Below, one piece after another: positions 40,894 through 49,608 of a stretch of 64,000 nt of DNA; the first letter of the stretch is position 1; every line of letters starts with the position of its first letter. Under the pieces are notes generated by a model. The model had not been told where the DNA came from and did no database searches. It was given only the letters and a program-made list of their open reading frames with translations. The position numbers and the translations under genes are program-made. This stretch comes from Candidatus Latescibacterota bacterium (GTDB lineage Bacteria; Latescibacterota; UBA2968; UBA8231). The stretch lies in contig OZ241867.1 of NCBI GenBank assembly GCA_965203175.1, positions 2,560,001 through 2,624,000 on the forward strand. Reading direction: 5' to 3'.

Positions 40894-41697
40894 CTAGGCC
40901 GCTTCCACCGGGTTTTGCAGTCGGCCGATCTGGTCTATTTCCACGATTACCTCGTCGCCGGCGGTAAGCCATACAGGCGGTTTGCGCGCAAAACCCACGC
41001 CCTGCGGGGTGCCGGTGAGGATGACCGTGCCTGGCAGCAAAGTCGTATCTTCGCTGAGGAATTCGATCAGTTCGGCGACCGTGAAAATCATGTCGCCGGT
41101 GGTGTGGTCCTGCATGGTCGCGCCGTTGAGGATCGTGCGGATGCCGAGGGTTTGTGGGTCGGGGATTTCATCGGCTGTGACTAGCACCGGCCCCAAAGGG
41201 CAAAAGGTGTCAAAGCCCTTGCCGCGGATCCACTGGCCGCCACCGCCGTGGAGCTGCCACTTGCGGGCCGAGACGTCGTTGGCGCACGTGTATCCAAGCA
41301 CATAGCTGAGGGCATCGGCTCGCGCCACATTGCGGGCGGCCTTGCCGATCACCACCGCGAGCTCGCACTCGTAGTCAACTTCCGGGCCGCGGCGACAGCA
41401 GGCTGGCAGCAGGATCGGGTCGCCCGGGCCGCAGACCGCGCTCGTGGGCTTGGCAAAGACGACGGGCTGCTCGGGCGGCTCGAGGCCGGATTCGGCCGCG
41501 TGCTCGCGGTAGTTTAACCCAATGCAGAAAATGTTGGTCGGATCGAGCGGGGCGAGCAGTCTTTTGACGGCCACCTGTTCGCCCGTGGGCGCTAGTTCTG
41601 CGAAGAGATCGCCGGCGAGTACGGAGGCTTGGCCCCCCTCGGCTTCGAGGCCCCAACGGACGGCGTCGTCAGCGTCGATAAAGCGGATGATGCGCAT
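40894..41697 (-). CDS. Fumarylacetoacetate hydrolase family protein
   Basis: FCIGLNYREHA, VDYECEL, NDVSAR, GKGFDTFCPLGP, ILTGTPQGVG. Confidence 0.93.
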   Translation of the reverse strand: MRIIRFIDADDAVRWGLEAEGGQASVLAGDLFAELAPTGEQVAVKRLLAPLDPTNIFCIGLNYREHAAESGLEPPEQPVVFAKPTSAVCGPGDPILLPACCRRGPEVDYECELAVVIGKAARNVARADALSYVLGYTCANDVSARKWQLHGGGGQWIRGKGFDTFCPLGPVLVTADEIPDPQTLGIRTILNGATMQDHTTGDMIFTVAELIEFLSEDTTLLPGTVILTGTPQGVGFARKPPVWLTAGDEVIVEIDQIGRLQNPVEAA

Positions 41698-41766
41698 GTT
41701 TTTCTCCTTTGTTTTTCCACCATTTGCACAAACCTTAAGGCAGGGCTAGCAGCCCGTCAAATGACC

Positions 41767-41795
41767 TTGACGCTCAGAGTGGGGCCGCCTATTTT
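41767..41795 (+). promoter_or_regulatory. Putative sigma70 promoter of the BMC operon
   Basis: TTGACG-17 nt-TATTTT about 40 nt before the AldDH start. Confidence 0.45.
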
Positions 41796-41836
41796 CCCCA
41801 TTCTTAAAATATTAGATCCAACGCGAGGAAAAAAGC

Positions 41837-43249
41837 GTGTCCCAAAACGTCAGCGAAGAACACGTACGCAAAATAGTCGAAGAAGTGGTGCAGCGCGTCG
41901 TCAGCGGCGGAGACGGCAGCGGGAGTGGGGACACCGGTGTCTTCGCGACGGTTGACGCGGCCGTCCAAGGCGCTATTCGCGCCCAGCAGCAGTTGGTGGC
42001 CTTGTCACTGGAGGAGCGCAAAAAGATCGTCGAGGCCCTCCGGCAGACGGCGCACGTCCACGCCGAGGAATTTTCGCGGCGGGCCTTGGCCGAGACGGGC
42101 ATGGGGCGGTTGGAAGACAAAATCATCAAGCACCAAGTCGCGGCCGACACGACGCCCGGCGTCGAAGACCTAGAGGCCACTTCGTGGACTGGTGACCACG
42201 GGCTGACCGTGGTTGAAATGGCTCCTTACGGGGTCATCGGCGCGGTCACCCCATCGACCCATCCCGTGCCGACGATGGTCAACAACGCCATTTGCATTGT
42301 CGCCGCGGGCAACTCGGTCGTCTTCAACGTGCATCCGGCGGGCAGAAAGGTCTCCATGTTCGCGGTGGGCTTGATCAATCAGGCCATCGTCGCAGTTGGC
42401 GGACCGGCCAACTTGGTGACCGCGGTCGAAACGCCGACCATTGAGACGGCCAGCGAATTGTTCAATCACCCAGATATCCGCCTGCTGCTGGTCACAGGCG
42501 GGCCAGGCGTGGCCAAGGCCGCGATGGGTAGCCCCAAAAAGGCCATCGTCGCCGGCCCGGGCAATCCGCCGGTGGTCGTCGATGAAACGGCCGATTTGGC
42601 CAAGGCCGCGCGCGACATCATCGACGGGGGAGGCTTTGACAACAACATTCTCTGCATCGGCGAGAAGCAGGTCTTTGCCGTCACTTCCATTGCCGACGAG
42701 CTCAAGCGGCTGATGGTCCAATACAATGCGTATGAACTCGACACGCGGCAGATCGAGGCGCTCGCACAGGTGGCCTTTGTCGAAGGGCCGGACGGGCATC
42801 TCGTAGCCAACCGCGAATTGGTGGGGCGCGACGCCGCCGTGTTGGGCGAGCGCATCGGCCTCCGGCTCGACTCGTCGCTGCGCATGCTCATTGGCGAGAC
42901 CGACGCCAACCACGTCTTCGTGCGCGAGGAGCAGATGATGCCTTTTCTGCCGATCGTGCGGATGCCCAACGTCGACCAAGCCATCCGCGAGGCCGTCATC
43001 TCCGAGCACGGCTACGGGCACACGGCCGTGATCCATTCGCGCAACATCGAAAACATGCACAACATGGCCTGCGCCGTGGATACCACCATTTTCGTCAAGA
43101 ACGGTCCTTCCTACGCCGGGGTTGGCTTGGGCGGCGAGGGGTTTGGGACGTACTCGATTGCCGGGCCTACGGGCGAGGGGCTGACGTCGCCGCGCACCTT
43201 TACCCGCCAGCGCCGCTGCGCTCTCGTGGACTACTTCCGCATCACCTGA
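41837..43249 (+). CDS. CoA-acylating aldehyde dehydrogenase (EutE/PduP family) with N-terminal encapsulation peptide
   Basis: ETGMGRLEDK, TPGVEDL, TGGPGV, GPGNPP, FDNNILCIGEK (catalytic Cys), EQMMP, GEGLTSPRTFTRQRRC. Confidence 0.95.
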   Translation: MSQNVSEEHVRKIVEEVVQRVVSGGDGSGSGDTGVFATVDAAVQGAIRAQQQLVALSLEERKKIVEALRQTAHVHAEEFSRRALAETGMGRLEDKIIKHQVAADTTPGVEDLEATSWTGDHGLTVVEMAPYGVIGAVTPSTHPVPTMVNNAICIVAAGNSVVFNVHPAGRKVSMFAVGLINQAIVAVGGPANLVTAVETPTIETASELFNHPDIRLLLVTGGPGVAKAAMGSPKKAIVAGPGNPPVVVDETADLAKAARDIIDGGGFDNNILCIGEKQVFAVTSIADELKRLMVQYNAYELDTRQIEALAQVAFVEGPDGHLVANRELVGRDAAVLGERIGLRLDSSLRMLIGETDANHVFVREEQMMPFLPIVRMPNVDQAIREAVISEHGYGHTAVIHSRNIENMHNMACAVDTTIFVKNGPSYAGVGLGGEGFGTYSIAGPTGEGLTSPRTFTRQRRCALVDYFRIT

Positions 43250-43563
43250 TGCTCTTGGGCCAAGTCAAAGGGCATCTGGTTTCCACGGCCAAGGTCCCGA
43301 GCCTGCACGGCAAGAAGCTCTTAGTCGTCGAAATCGCGTCGGTGCGCGAGCACGGTCTGGTGCTGACAGGGCGGGATATGGTTTGCATCGACGCGGTGCA
43401 AGCGGGCAAGGGCGAGTTGGTGATTTTGGTGCAGGGCAGTTCGTCGCGGATCGCCCCGAACTTGGGCGATGTGCCGACCGACGCGGTAATCGTCGGGATT
43501 GTCGATTCGCTACAGGCTATGGGTAAGGACTTCGACTGTCGGCAACTGAGCCGCGAAGGGTAG
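43249..43563 (+). CDS. BMC-P pentameric vertex protein (EutN/CcmL family)
   Basis: MLLGQVKGHLVSTAK...LHGKKLLVV...DAVQAGKGELV...GSSSR...PTDAVIVGIVD. Confidence 0.95.
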   Translation: MLLGQVKGHLVSTAKVPSLHGKKLLVVEIASVREHGLVLTGRDMVCIDAVQAGKGELVILVQGSSSRIAPNLGDVPTDAVIVGIVDSLQAMGKDFDCRQLSREG

Positions 43564-43566
43564 GCG

Positions 43567-44247
43567 ATGAACGTTGCACCAGCGGCTGGATTGGACCGCA
43601 AGCAGATTGAGGCGCTGGTGCGTCGGGTGGTGTACGATCACCTGCCCGATGCTCAGCTAGAGCAGGCACCCTCAGCTCCGAGGCTGGTCGTCAATATGTC
43701 CGCCCGCCACGTCCACCTCAATCGAGAGGCGCTGGACGCGCTCTTTGGCGCGGGTGCCGAGCTGACCGTGCAGAAGGCCCTGTACCAGGAAAGCGCTTTT
43801 GCCGCCGAGCAGACGGTGTCGGTTTTTGGCCCGCGCAAGCAGGTGATTCCCAGTGTGCGAATCCTCGGCCCATTGCGCGATTACAACCAGGTGGAGTTGG
43901 CCTTTACGGACGCCCGCTATTTGGGCATTGACGCGCCGGTGCGGCTCAGCGGCAACATCGAGGGGACGCCGGGCTGCTACTTGGTGGGGCCAGCTGGGGG
44001 GCTGGAATTGGATCACGGGGTGATTCGGGCCGCCCGCCACGTGCATTTAAACCCGGAAGAGGCCGCGTACTACGGAGTCGGGCCGGGAGACTTGCTGCGG
44101 CTGGTAGTAGAAGGCGATCAGGGCGGGGTGCTGGAAGGGTTGATCTGCCGAGTCAGCGAGCGCGAACGCCTAGAAGTTCACATCGATACGGACGAGGGCA
44201 ATGCGATTGATTTGGTACACGCCCGCAAGGTATATTTAGAGCGTTGA
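43567..44247 (+). CDS. pduL: Phosphate propanoyltransferase (BMC phosphotransacylase)
   Basis: SARHVHL, VRILGPLR, QVELAFTDA, APVRLSG, RHVHL, HIDTDEGNA. Confidence 0.93.
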   Translation: MNVAPAAGLDRKQIEALVRRVVYDHLPDAQLEQAPSAPRLVVNMSARHVHLNREALDALFGAGAELTVQKALYQESAFAAEQTVSVFGPRKQVIPSVRILGPLRDYNQVELAFTDARYLGIDAPVRLSGNIEGTPGCYLVGPAGGLELDHGVIRAARHVHLNPEEAAYYGVGPGDLLRLVVEGDQGGVLEGLICRVSERERLEVHIDTDEGNAIDLVHARKVYLER

Positions 44248-44285
44248 AACGCAAAAATCCGCACAATTACTTCAGGAGGTAAGGG

Positions 44286-44846
44286 ATGTCGGATGCAATA
44301 GGCATGGTAGAAACCGTGGGGCTAGTCGGGGTCGTCGAGGCCGGCGACGCCATGGCCAAGGCCGCTAGCGTACAGCTTTTGGGCTGGGACCGAGTCGGCT
44401 CTGGCTTGGTGACTGTGTTTTGCGCGGGCGATGTGGCGGCCGTCAAGTCGGCCGTGGATGCTGGCTCGACTGCTGCTGCCAAGGTCGGGGAGGTGCATTC
44501 GGTCCACGTGATTCCCCGCCCGCACAGCGAACTGACGACCGTCGTGCCCGAACGCGGCGACAGCGGCGACAGCGATGGCCGCGTCCGCGCCTTGGGTCTT
44601 ATTGAGACGAAGGGGTCCATCGGCGTGATCGAAGCGGCCGACGCCATGAGCAAGGCCGCCAATGTGGAGGTCGTCAAGCTGCAGGACATCGGCGGCGGGT
44701 ACATCACCGTCATAGTTAGTGGCGACGTCGGCTCGGTGCAGGCTTCGGTCAGCGCCGGTGCCGAGGCGGCCGAGCGCGTGGGCGAGCTCGTATCGCAACA
44801 CGTGATTCCCCGCCCGCACGACGATCTCGTCGCGCTGTATTTGTAG
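44286..44846 (+). CDS. BMC shell protein with two tandem BMC domains (BMC-T)
   Basis: Two copies of A(I/L)G(M/L)xETxG...DAMxKAA...GDVxxV...HVIPRPH. Confidence 0.93.
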   Translation: MSDAIGMVETVGLVGVVEAGDAMAKAASVQLLGWDRVGSGLVTVFCAGDVAAVKSAVDAGSTAAAKVGEVHSVHVIPRPHSELTTVVPERGDSGDSDGRVRALGLIETKGSIGVIEAADAMSKAANVEVVKLQDIGGGYITVIVSGDVGSVQASVSAGAEAAERVGELVSQHVIPRPHDDLVALYL

Positions 44847-44858
44847 AGGAGACAAATA

Positions 44859-45122
44859 ATGAAAGCATTGGGTATGGTCGAGACTCGCGGTTTGGTCTGC
44901 GTCGTCGAAGCCCTCGACGCCATGTTGAAGACCGCGGACGTGAGCTATGCGGGCCAAAAGCGCGTGGGTAGCGGCCTAATCGCCGTGCTGGTCGAAGGCG
45001 ACGTAGCGGCTGTCAAAGCGGCCGTAGATGCGGGAGCGCAAGCCGCCCAGCGCATCGGCGAGCTGCGCAGCGTCCACGTGATTCCCCGTCCAACTGAGGG
45101 ACTGACAGACCACCTTGGTTAG
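44859..45122 (+). CDS. BMC-H hexameric shell protein (EutM/PduA-like)
   Basis: ALGMVETRG...DAMLKTADV...[10 protein letters not shown]...HVIPRP. Confidence 0.96.
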   Translation: MKALGMVETRGLVCVVEALDAMLKTADVSYAGQKRVGSGLIAVLVEGDVAAVKAAVDAGAQAAQRIGELRSVHVIPRPTEGLTDHLG

Positions 45123-45126
45123 CTAG

Positions 45127-45573
45127 GTGACCGAGGCTTTGCACATCGACGCTCCGGTCGTCACCGGCGATTTGCTCGGGCGCGAGCACAAGGGCGAGCG
45201 GACGCTCAGCGTGTCCCCCAGCGCCATCTTGACGCCGACGGCTTGGGACTACATCCGCCAGCACCGCTTGCAGCTAAGTCGCGGCGAGGCCGTTGCCGCT
45301 GCCGAGGCCGTTGCGGACGCGGGCCGGTGCGAGCATCCCGACCGCGCCTGCGGCTGCGAGCACGAGGAATTTGGCTCGGGGTACGTCGAGCCAGCGCACT
45401 GCGGCGATTGCGCCGTCCACGAGCGCAAGAAGGCGGGCGACCCCGAGGCGAATTGTGAGGGTTGCAATCGCTACAAGACGCTTTTGCAACAAATCGAAAA
45501 GGGCCAAGCCTCCGATCCAGAAGCCTTAATTGAGCAGATCACCGAGCTAGTAATTCACCGGCTGGCGGACTAA
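45127..45573 (+). CDS. BMC-associated Cys-rich hypothetical protein
   Basis: AILTPTAWDY module, seven Cys, C-terminal amphipathic helix. Confidence 0.75.
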   Translation: MTEALHIDAPVVTGDLLGREHKGERTLSVSPSAILTPTAWDYIRQHRLQLSRGEAVAAAEAVADAGRCEHPDRACGCEHEEFGSGYVEPAHCGDCAVHERKKAGDPEANCEGCNRYKTLLQQIEKGQASDPEALIEQITELVIHRLAD

Positions 45574-45576
45574 GCT

Positions 45577-46161
45577 ATGGCGGGCGACCCGGCAGTCGGC
45601 ATGATCGAGGTGCAGGGCGTGGCCGCTGCCATTGTGGGTGCGGATGCGGCCTGCAAGGCTGCGGAAGTGAAGCTCGCAGGTTGGTCCTCAATCGGCGGTT
45701 ATACCACGGCTTTTTTTACTGGGTCGATCAGCGATGTAGCCGCGGCGCTGCGAAGCGGCGAGGAAGCGGCCCGCGAAATAATAGAACACGTAGTGGCCGC
45801 GCCTTTACTCCAACCCGCCGCTGCTTGCAGTCATTTCATCGATTTTCCGGTCCGGTCCGACAGCGACTTTCCCGCCGGTGCCTTGGGATTGGTCGAGACG
45901 CGCGGCTATGGGGCTCACATTCACACGAATGATCAGATGGTTAAGACGGCTGCCGTCGCGGTCGTCAACGTGCTGACGGTCCACGACCGCGTGGTGTGTT
46001 CGCTGGTCTTGGGAGACGTTGGGGCTGTCAAAGAAGCCATAGCCGTCGCGCAAAAGTTGCTCGGGGACTGCGAGCACTTGTTGGGCACGGCCCTGGTTCC
46101 GCAGCCGCGGCCCGAGGTCTTGGCTGCATACGCCGCGCCGATGGGAGGTGGTGGTGTCTAG
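45577..46161 (+). CDS. Divergent two-domain BMC shell protein
   Basis: AVGMIEVQG...DAACKAA and ALGLVETRG...DQMVKTA...GDVGAV...VPQP. Confidence 0.9.
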   Translation: MAGDPAVGMIEVQGVAAAIVGADAACKAAEVKLAGWSSIGGYTTAFFTGSISDVAAALRSGEEAAREIIEHVVAAPLLQPAAACSHFIDFPVRSDSDFPAGALGLVETRGYGAHIHTNDQMVKTAAVAVVNVLTVHDRVVCSLVLGDVGAVKEAIAVAQKLLGDCEHLLGTALVPQPRPEVLAAYAAPMGGGGV

Positions 46162-47302
46162 CGGGGCGATTGGCATGCTGGAGACGCGCGGGATGGCGTC
46201 GCTGATGGCTTCTACCGATGCCATGCTCAAGGCCGCTGAAGTACAACTCTGCGGTCGGCACGGTATTGGCTCGGGTTGGCTCACTGCGGTAATCGCCGGT
46301 CAAGTAGCTGATGTGGAGGCGGCCATTCGCGTTGGCGAGGTCGAGGCGAACCGCACCGGTGAACTGATCGGCGCGCAAGTGGTGCCACGGCCAGACGCGC
46401 GCGCCATGGACGCCATGCCCCACGCAACCGGTCTTGGTGCCGAACAGGTACAGCCGCAGGCAATTGGCTTATTGGAGACGCAGGGCCTGACGCCGCTGGT
46501 GGCCGGTGCCGACGCCATGCTCAAGGCCGCCCAAGTGGAGCTAGGGGGTTGGGCCTTCATCGGGGGCGCGCTGTGTCACGCGCCGATCTTTGGCGATGTA
46601 GCGGCCGTGCAGACGGCGTTAGAAGTGGGCCGGCAAGCAGCCGAGCGGATTGGCACCGTGTACGCGACTCTTGTTTTGCCCCAGCCCAGCGAGGGGCTAG
46701 GTCCTCTGTTGCCGCCCGCGCCAGCGGTCGAGCTGCGCTCCACCGGTGCCTTGGGCCTCATAGAGACCATTGGTTACGCCTCGGTCGTGGGCAGTGCGGA
46801 CGCCATGCTCAAGGCCGCGGATGTCCAAATCGAGCGCTTGAGCATTGGTAGCGGCGGGCGGATTACCGCGCTGGCTACCGGCCATCTCGACGACGTGCAG
46901 GCCGCAGTGCGCGCCGGTGCCGAGGCAGCCACGGCTTTGGGGGAGTTCGACGCCTCGGCCGTAGTCTCGCGGCCCGATCCCGCGCTCGTCGCCCGTTTTG
47001 CCACTGCGGCCGAGGGCCTTGGCGCGGGTGCGCGGCAGGCCATGGGGCTGATTGAGACGCGCAGTACCGTGGCCTTGGTGCGAGCCGTCGATCGGATGCT
47101 CAAGGCCGCAGCCGTCGAATACGAGGGAGCCTATAAGGTGGGGTACTACTTGACGGCCGCGGTCGTGCGCGGCGATGTGGGTGCCGTGCAGGTCGCGATA
47201 GATGCGGGTCGGAAGGAGGCTGTTGAACACGGGGAACTGGTTTCGGCCTACGCAATTCCGCAGCTCTACAGCGGCCTCGAAGGCCGCCTGCCGCACGTTT
47301 AG
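46154..47302 (+). CDS. BMC shell protein with four tandem BMC domains
   Basis: Four AxG(M/L)(L/I)ET...D(A/R)MLKAA repeats; GGAGG RBS 5 nt before GTG 46154. Confidence 0.9.
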   Translation: MSSGAIGMLETRGMASLMASTDAMLKAAEVQLCGRHGIGSGWLTAVIAGQVADVEAAIRVGEVEANRTGELIGAQVVPRPDARAMDAMPHATGLGAEQVQPQAIGLLETQGLTPLVAGADAMLKAAQVELGGWAFIGGALCHAPIFGDVAAVQTALEVGRQAAERIGTVYATLVLPQPSEGLGPLLPPAPAVELRSTGALGLIETIGYASVVGSADAMLKAADVQIERLSIGSGGRITALATGHLDDVQAAVRAGAEAATALGEFDASAVVSRPDPALVARFATAAEGLGAGARQAMGLIETRSTVALVRAVDRMLKAAAVEYEGAYKVGYYLTAAVVRGDVGAVQVAIDAGRKEAVEHGELVSAYAIPQLYSGLEGRLPHV

Positions 47303-47316
47303 CGAGGACGCGAAAA

Positions 47317-48498
47317 ATGATTCGGATTGACGATGCAGTAATTACCGCGCAGACCTTGGAGGGCCGCCTAGCTGGCGAACGGCAGGTCGAGATCGGCCCG
47401 GGGTCTAAACTGACGCCCTCGGCACAGGACTTTTTGCACGCCCAAGGCATTGAAATCGTGCGCCGGGAAGCCAGCGGCCAAGCTCCTCCAACGACAACAC
47501 TGGCACCAGCACCGGCACCGGCGGGTCCTCGCGCGGCCGAACGCCAGCCATTTGCTGGCATCTTCTGCCCCAATGTCGTCCTTTTCGACAGTCAGAACGA
47601 GATCAACCACGCCGAGATGGAGCGCTACATCAACTGGTTAATCGAGGTTGGGATCCACGGGCTGTACCCCAACGCCAGCACTGGCGAGTTCGCGCGCCTG
47701 TCGCAGAAGGAGCGCCAAGACGTGGTGCGGCTGGTCTGCGAGGTCAACAAGGGACGCGTACCCGTACTGGCCGGAGCCAGCGAGGCCAGCTTGCGCGACG
47801 TGCTCAAGATGGCCGAATACTACGCCTCGCTCGGCGTGGATGCCATTGCACTGATGCCCCCCTATTACTACGAAATTTCCACTGAGAGCCTCTTTGAGTA
47901 CTTCGCCGAAATCGCCGGGGAATCGCCGCTGGATATCCTGCTGTGCAATATCCCGCAATTTACCCAAGAGCTGTCGATAGATTTGCTGGAGCGGCTCTTG
48001 CCCTACGATCGGATTTTCGGCATCAAGGACTCCAGCCGCGACCTGCCGAGGCTGCTCAACACCATGAACTGCCTGCGCCAACAGCGCCCCGACTACGTGG
48101 TGATGACTGGTTGCGAGGAGATCGTGTTTCCCTCGGTGCTCATGGGAGCCAACGGAGGCACCATCGCCACTTCGGGTATCGTCCCGGAAGTCATTGTCGA
48201 GCTTTATGAAAAGGCCAAAAGCGATGACATTGAGCGGGCCCGCGAACTGCAATACCGCATCCTCGATCTCATCAACTTGATGCTCCTTGGGGTCAATTTC
48301 CCAGAGGGCTTCAAGACTGGCGTGGCGGCCCGTGGCTTTGACGTCGGCCCAGCGCGCGCGTCGAGCAGCGCGTCCGAACAGGAGTACCTGATCAAGCTAG
48401 AGGCCCAAATCAACTGCGTCCTCGCGGATATGGGCTATCCAGTCCAAGGCCCCCGCGCCTGCCCGGCGACCAACCTGCCGCCGATCGTCGGTCGCTAG
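47317..48498 (+). CDS. DHDPS/NAL-family (class I aldolase-like) protein with N-terminal BMC-associated module
   Basis: NASTGEF, MPPYY, FGIKDSS (Schiff-base Lys); extra N-terminal ~50 aa and Pro/Ala linker. Confidence 0.88.
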   Translation: MIRIDDAVITAQTLEGRLAGERQVEIGPGSKLTPSAQDFLHAQGIEIVRREASGQAPPTTTLAPAPAPAGPRAAERQPFAGIFCPNVVLFDSQNEINHAEMERYINWLIEVGIHGLYPNASTGEFARLSQKERQDVVRLVCEVNKGRVPVLAGASEASLRDVLKMAEYYASLGVDAIALMPPYYYEISTESLFEYFAEIAGESPLDILLCNIPQFTQELSIDLLERLLPYDRIFGIKDSSRDLPRLLNTMNCLRQQRPDYVVMTGCEEIVFPSVLMGANGGTIATSGIVPEVIVELYEKAKSDDIERARELQYRILDLINLMLLGVNFPEGFKTGVAARGFDVGPARASSSASEQEYLIKLEAQINCVLADMGYPVQGPRACPATNLPPIVGR

Positions 48499-49575
48499 AT
48501 GGCCCTGACGGGCGCACGCGTGTTGGTGGTCGGGGCCGGTATCATCGGCCGCTCGACGGCCTATTTCCTCGCCCGGCAAGGCGCGCAGGTCGTCCTGCTC
48601 GACGAGGGGATCCCTACAGGCTCGCCCACGAGCCGGGCCTCGTTGGGCGTCCTCACCCACTGCAACGGCGGCGACAATCCCTACGCCCAGCTTTTCCGCG
48701 ACGGTCACGCTTTGCACGCCCGGCTGGCCCGCGACCTAGCCGAAGACGTGGGCGCAGACGTGGGTTGGCGTCCCCTCGGCGGTATCGATCTTTTTGCCGA
48801 CCCATCCCAGCTAGAGGAGGTATGGCGCTTCAACCACGAGCGCGGCTGTCGGGTCGAGCGGCTCGACGAGCGGGCCTTGCGCGATGCGGAGCCGGGGTTG
48901 GACGACGGTGGTGAGGGGCTGTATTTTGCCGATGATCATCGGGTGGATCCCCTCAAGTTGGGCGCGGCGCTTTGGGCGGCGGCCGTACAGCAGGGTGCGT
49001 CTGCTGCTTGGGGTGCGCGCGTCTGGCGCATTGCCCAAGAAGGCGAGACCGTCGAGGTCGCCACCAGTCGCGAAATTTACCGCGCCGACTTTGCGGTGTT
49101 GGCGGCTGGGGCGTGGACCGGTGGCTTGGCAGCGCAGCTCGGTGCCCAAGTTGCGCTGCGTCCGGTGCGGGGCCAACAAGCGCGTTTTGTAGGTGCCCCA
49201 TTGCGTCACTTAGTGAGGATAAACGGACGCCACTTCATTCCAGACGGCGGCGAAACCATCGTGGGAGCGACGTCGGAGGAGGTCGGCTTTCGGTTGGAGA
49301 CGACCCGTGCAGCCGCTGAGCAATTTGCCTCGGAGGTGCGCTCTGCACTGGGGAACTGCTTGCCGCTGTCGCGCCAGCAGGCCGGTCTGCGGCCCAAGCC
49401 CCGAGGCGGGCGTCCGCTCATCGGTCCGCTGACGGATGCGCCGCGCGTTTTCGTGGCCTCTGGGCACTACAAAAACGGCGTCTTGCTAGGCCCGATTACC
49501 GGCCAAATCGTCGCCCGTTGGATCGCCGAGGGAACCCCGGGGCGCGATATGCGCCGCTTCGCACCCGAGCGTTGA
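48499..49575 (+). CDS. FAD-dependent amino acid oxidase (DAO/ThiO glycine oxidase family)
   Basis: VGAGIIG, LAAGAW, PVRGQ, GLRP, SGHYKNGVLLGP. Confidence 0.88.
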   Translation: MALTGARVLVVGAGIIGRSTAYFLARQGAQVVLLDEGIPTGSPTSRASLGVLTHCNGGDNPYAQLFRDGHALHARLARDLAEDVGADVGWRPLGGIDLFADPSQLEEVWRFNHERGCRVERLDERALRDAEPGLDDGGEGLYFADDHRVDPLKLGAALWAAAVQQGASAAWGARVWRIAQEGETVEVATSREIYRADFAVLAAGAWTGGLAAQLGAQVALRPVRGQQARFVGAPLRHLVRINGRHFIPDGGETIVGATSEEVGFRLETTRAAAEQFASEVRSALGNCLPLSRQQAGLRPKPRGGRPLIGPLTDAPRVFVASGHYKNGVLLGPITGQIVARWIAEGTPGRDMRRFAPER

Positions 49576-49608
49576 ATTCACTGCCACTAAACACAGTTGA
49601 GGTTAAAC

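Noticed and set aside
48499-49575. Calling the flavoenzyme thiO (thiamine synthesis)
   Set aside because: No thiS/thiG nearby; it abuts the BMC aldolase gene, so only a family-level call is supported.
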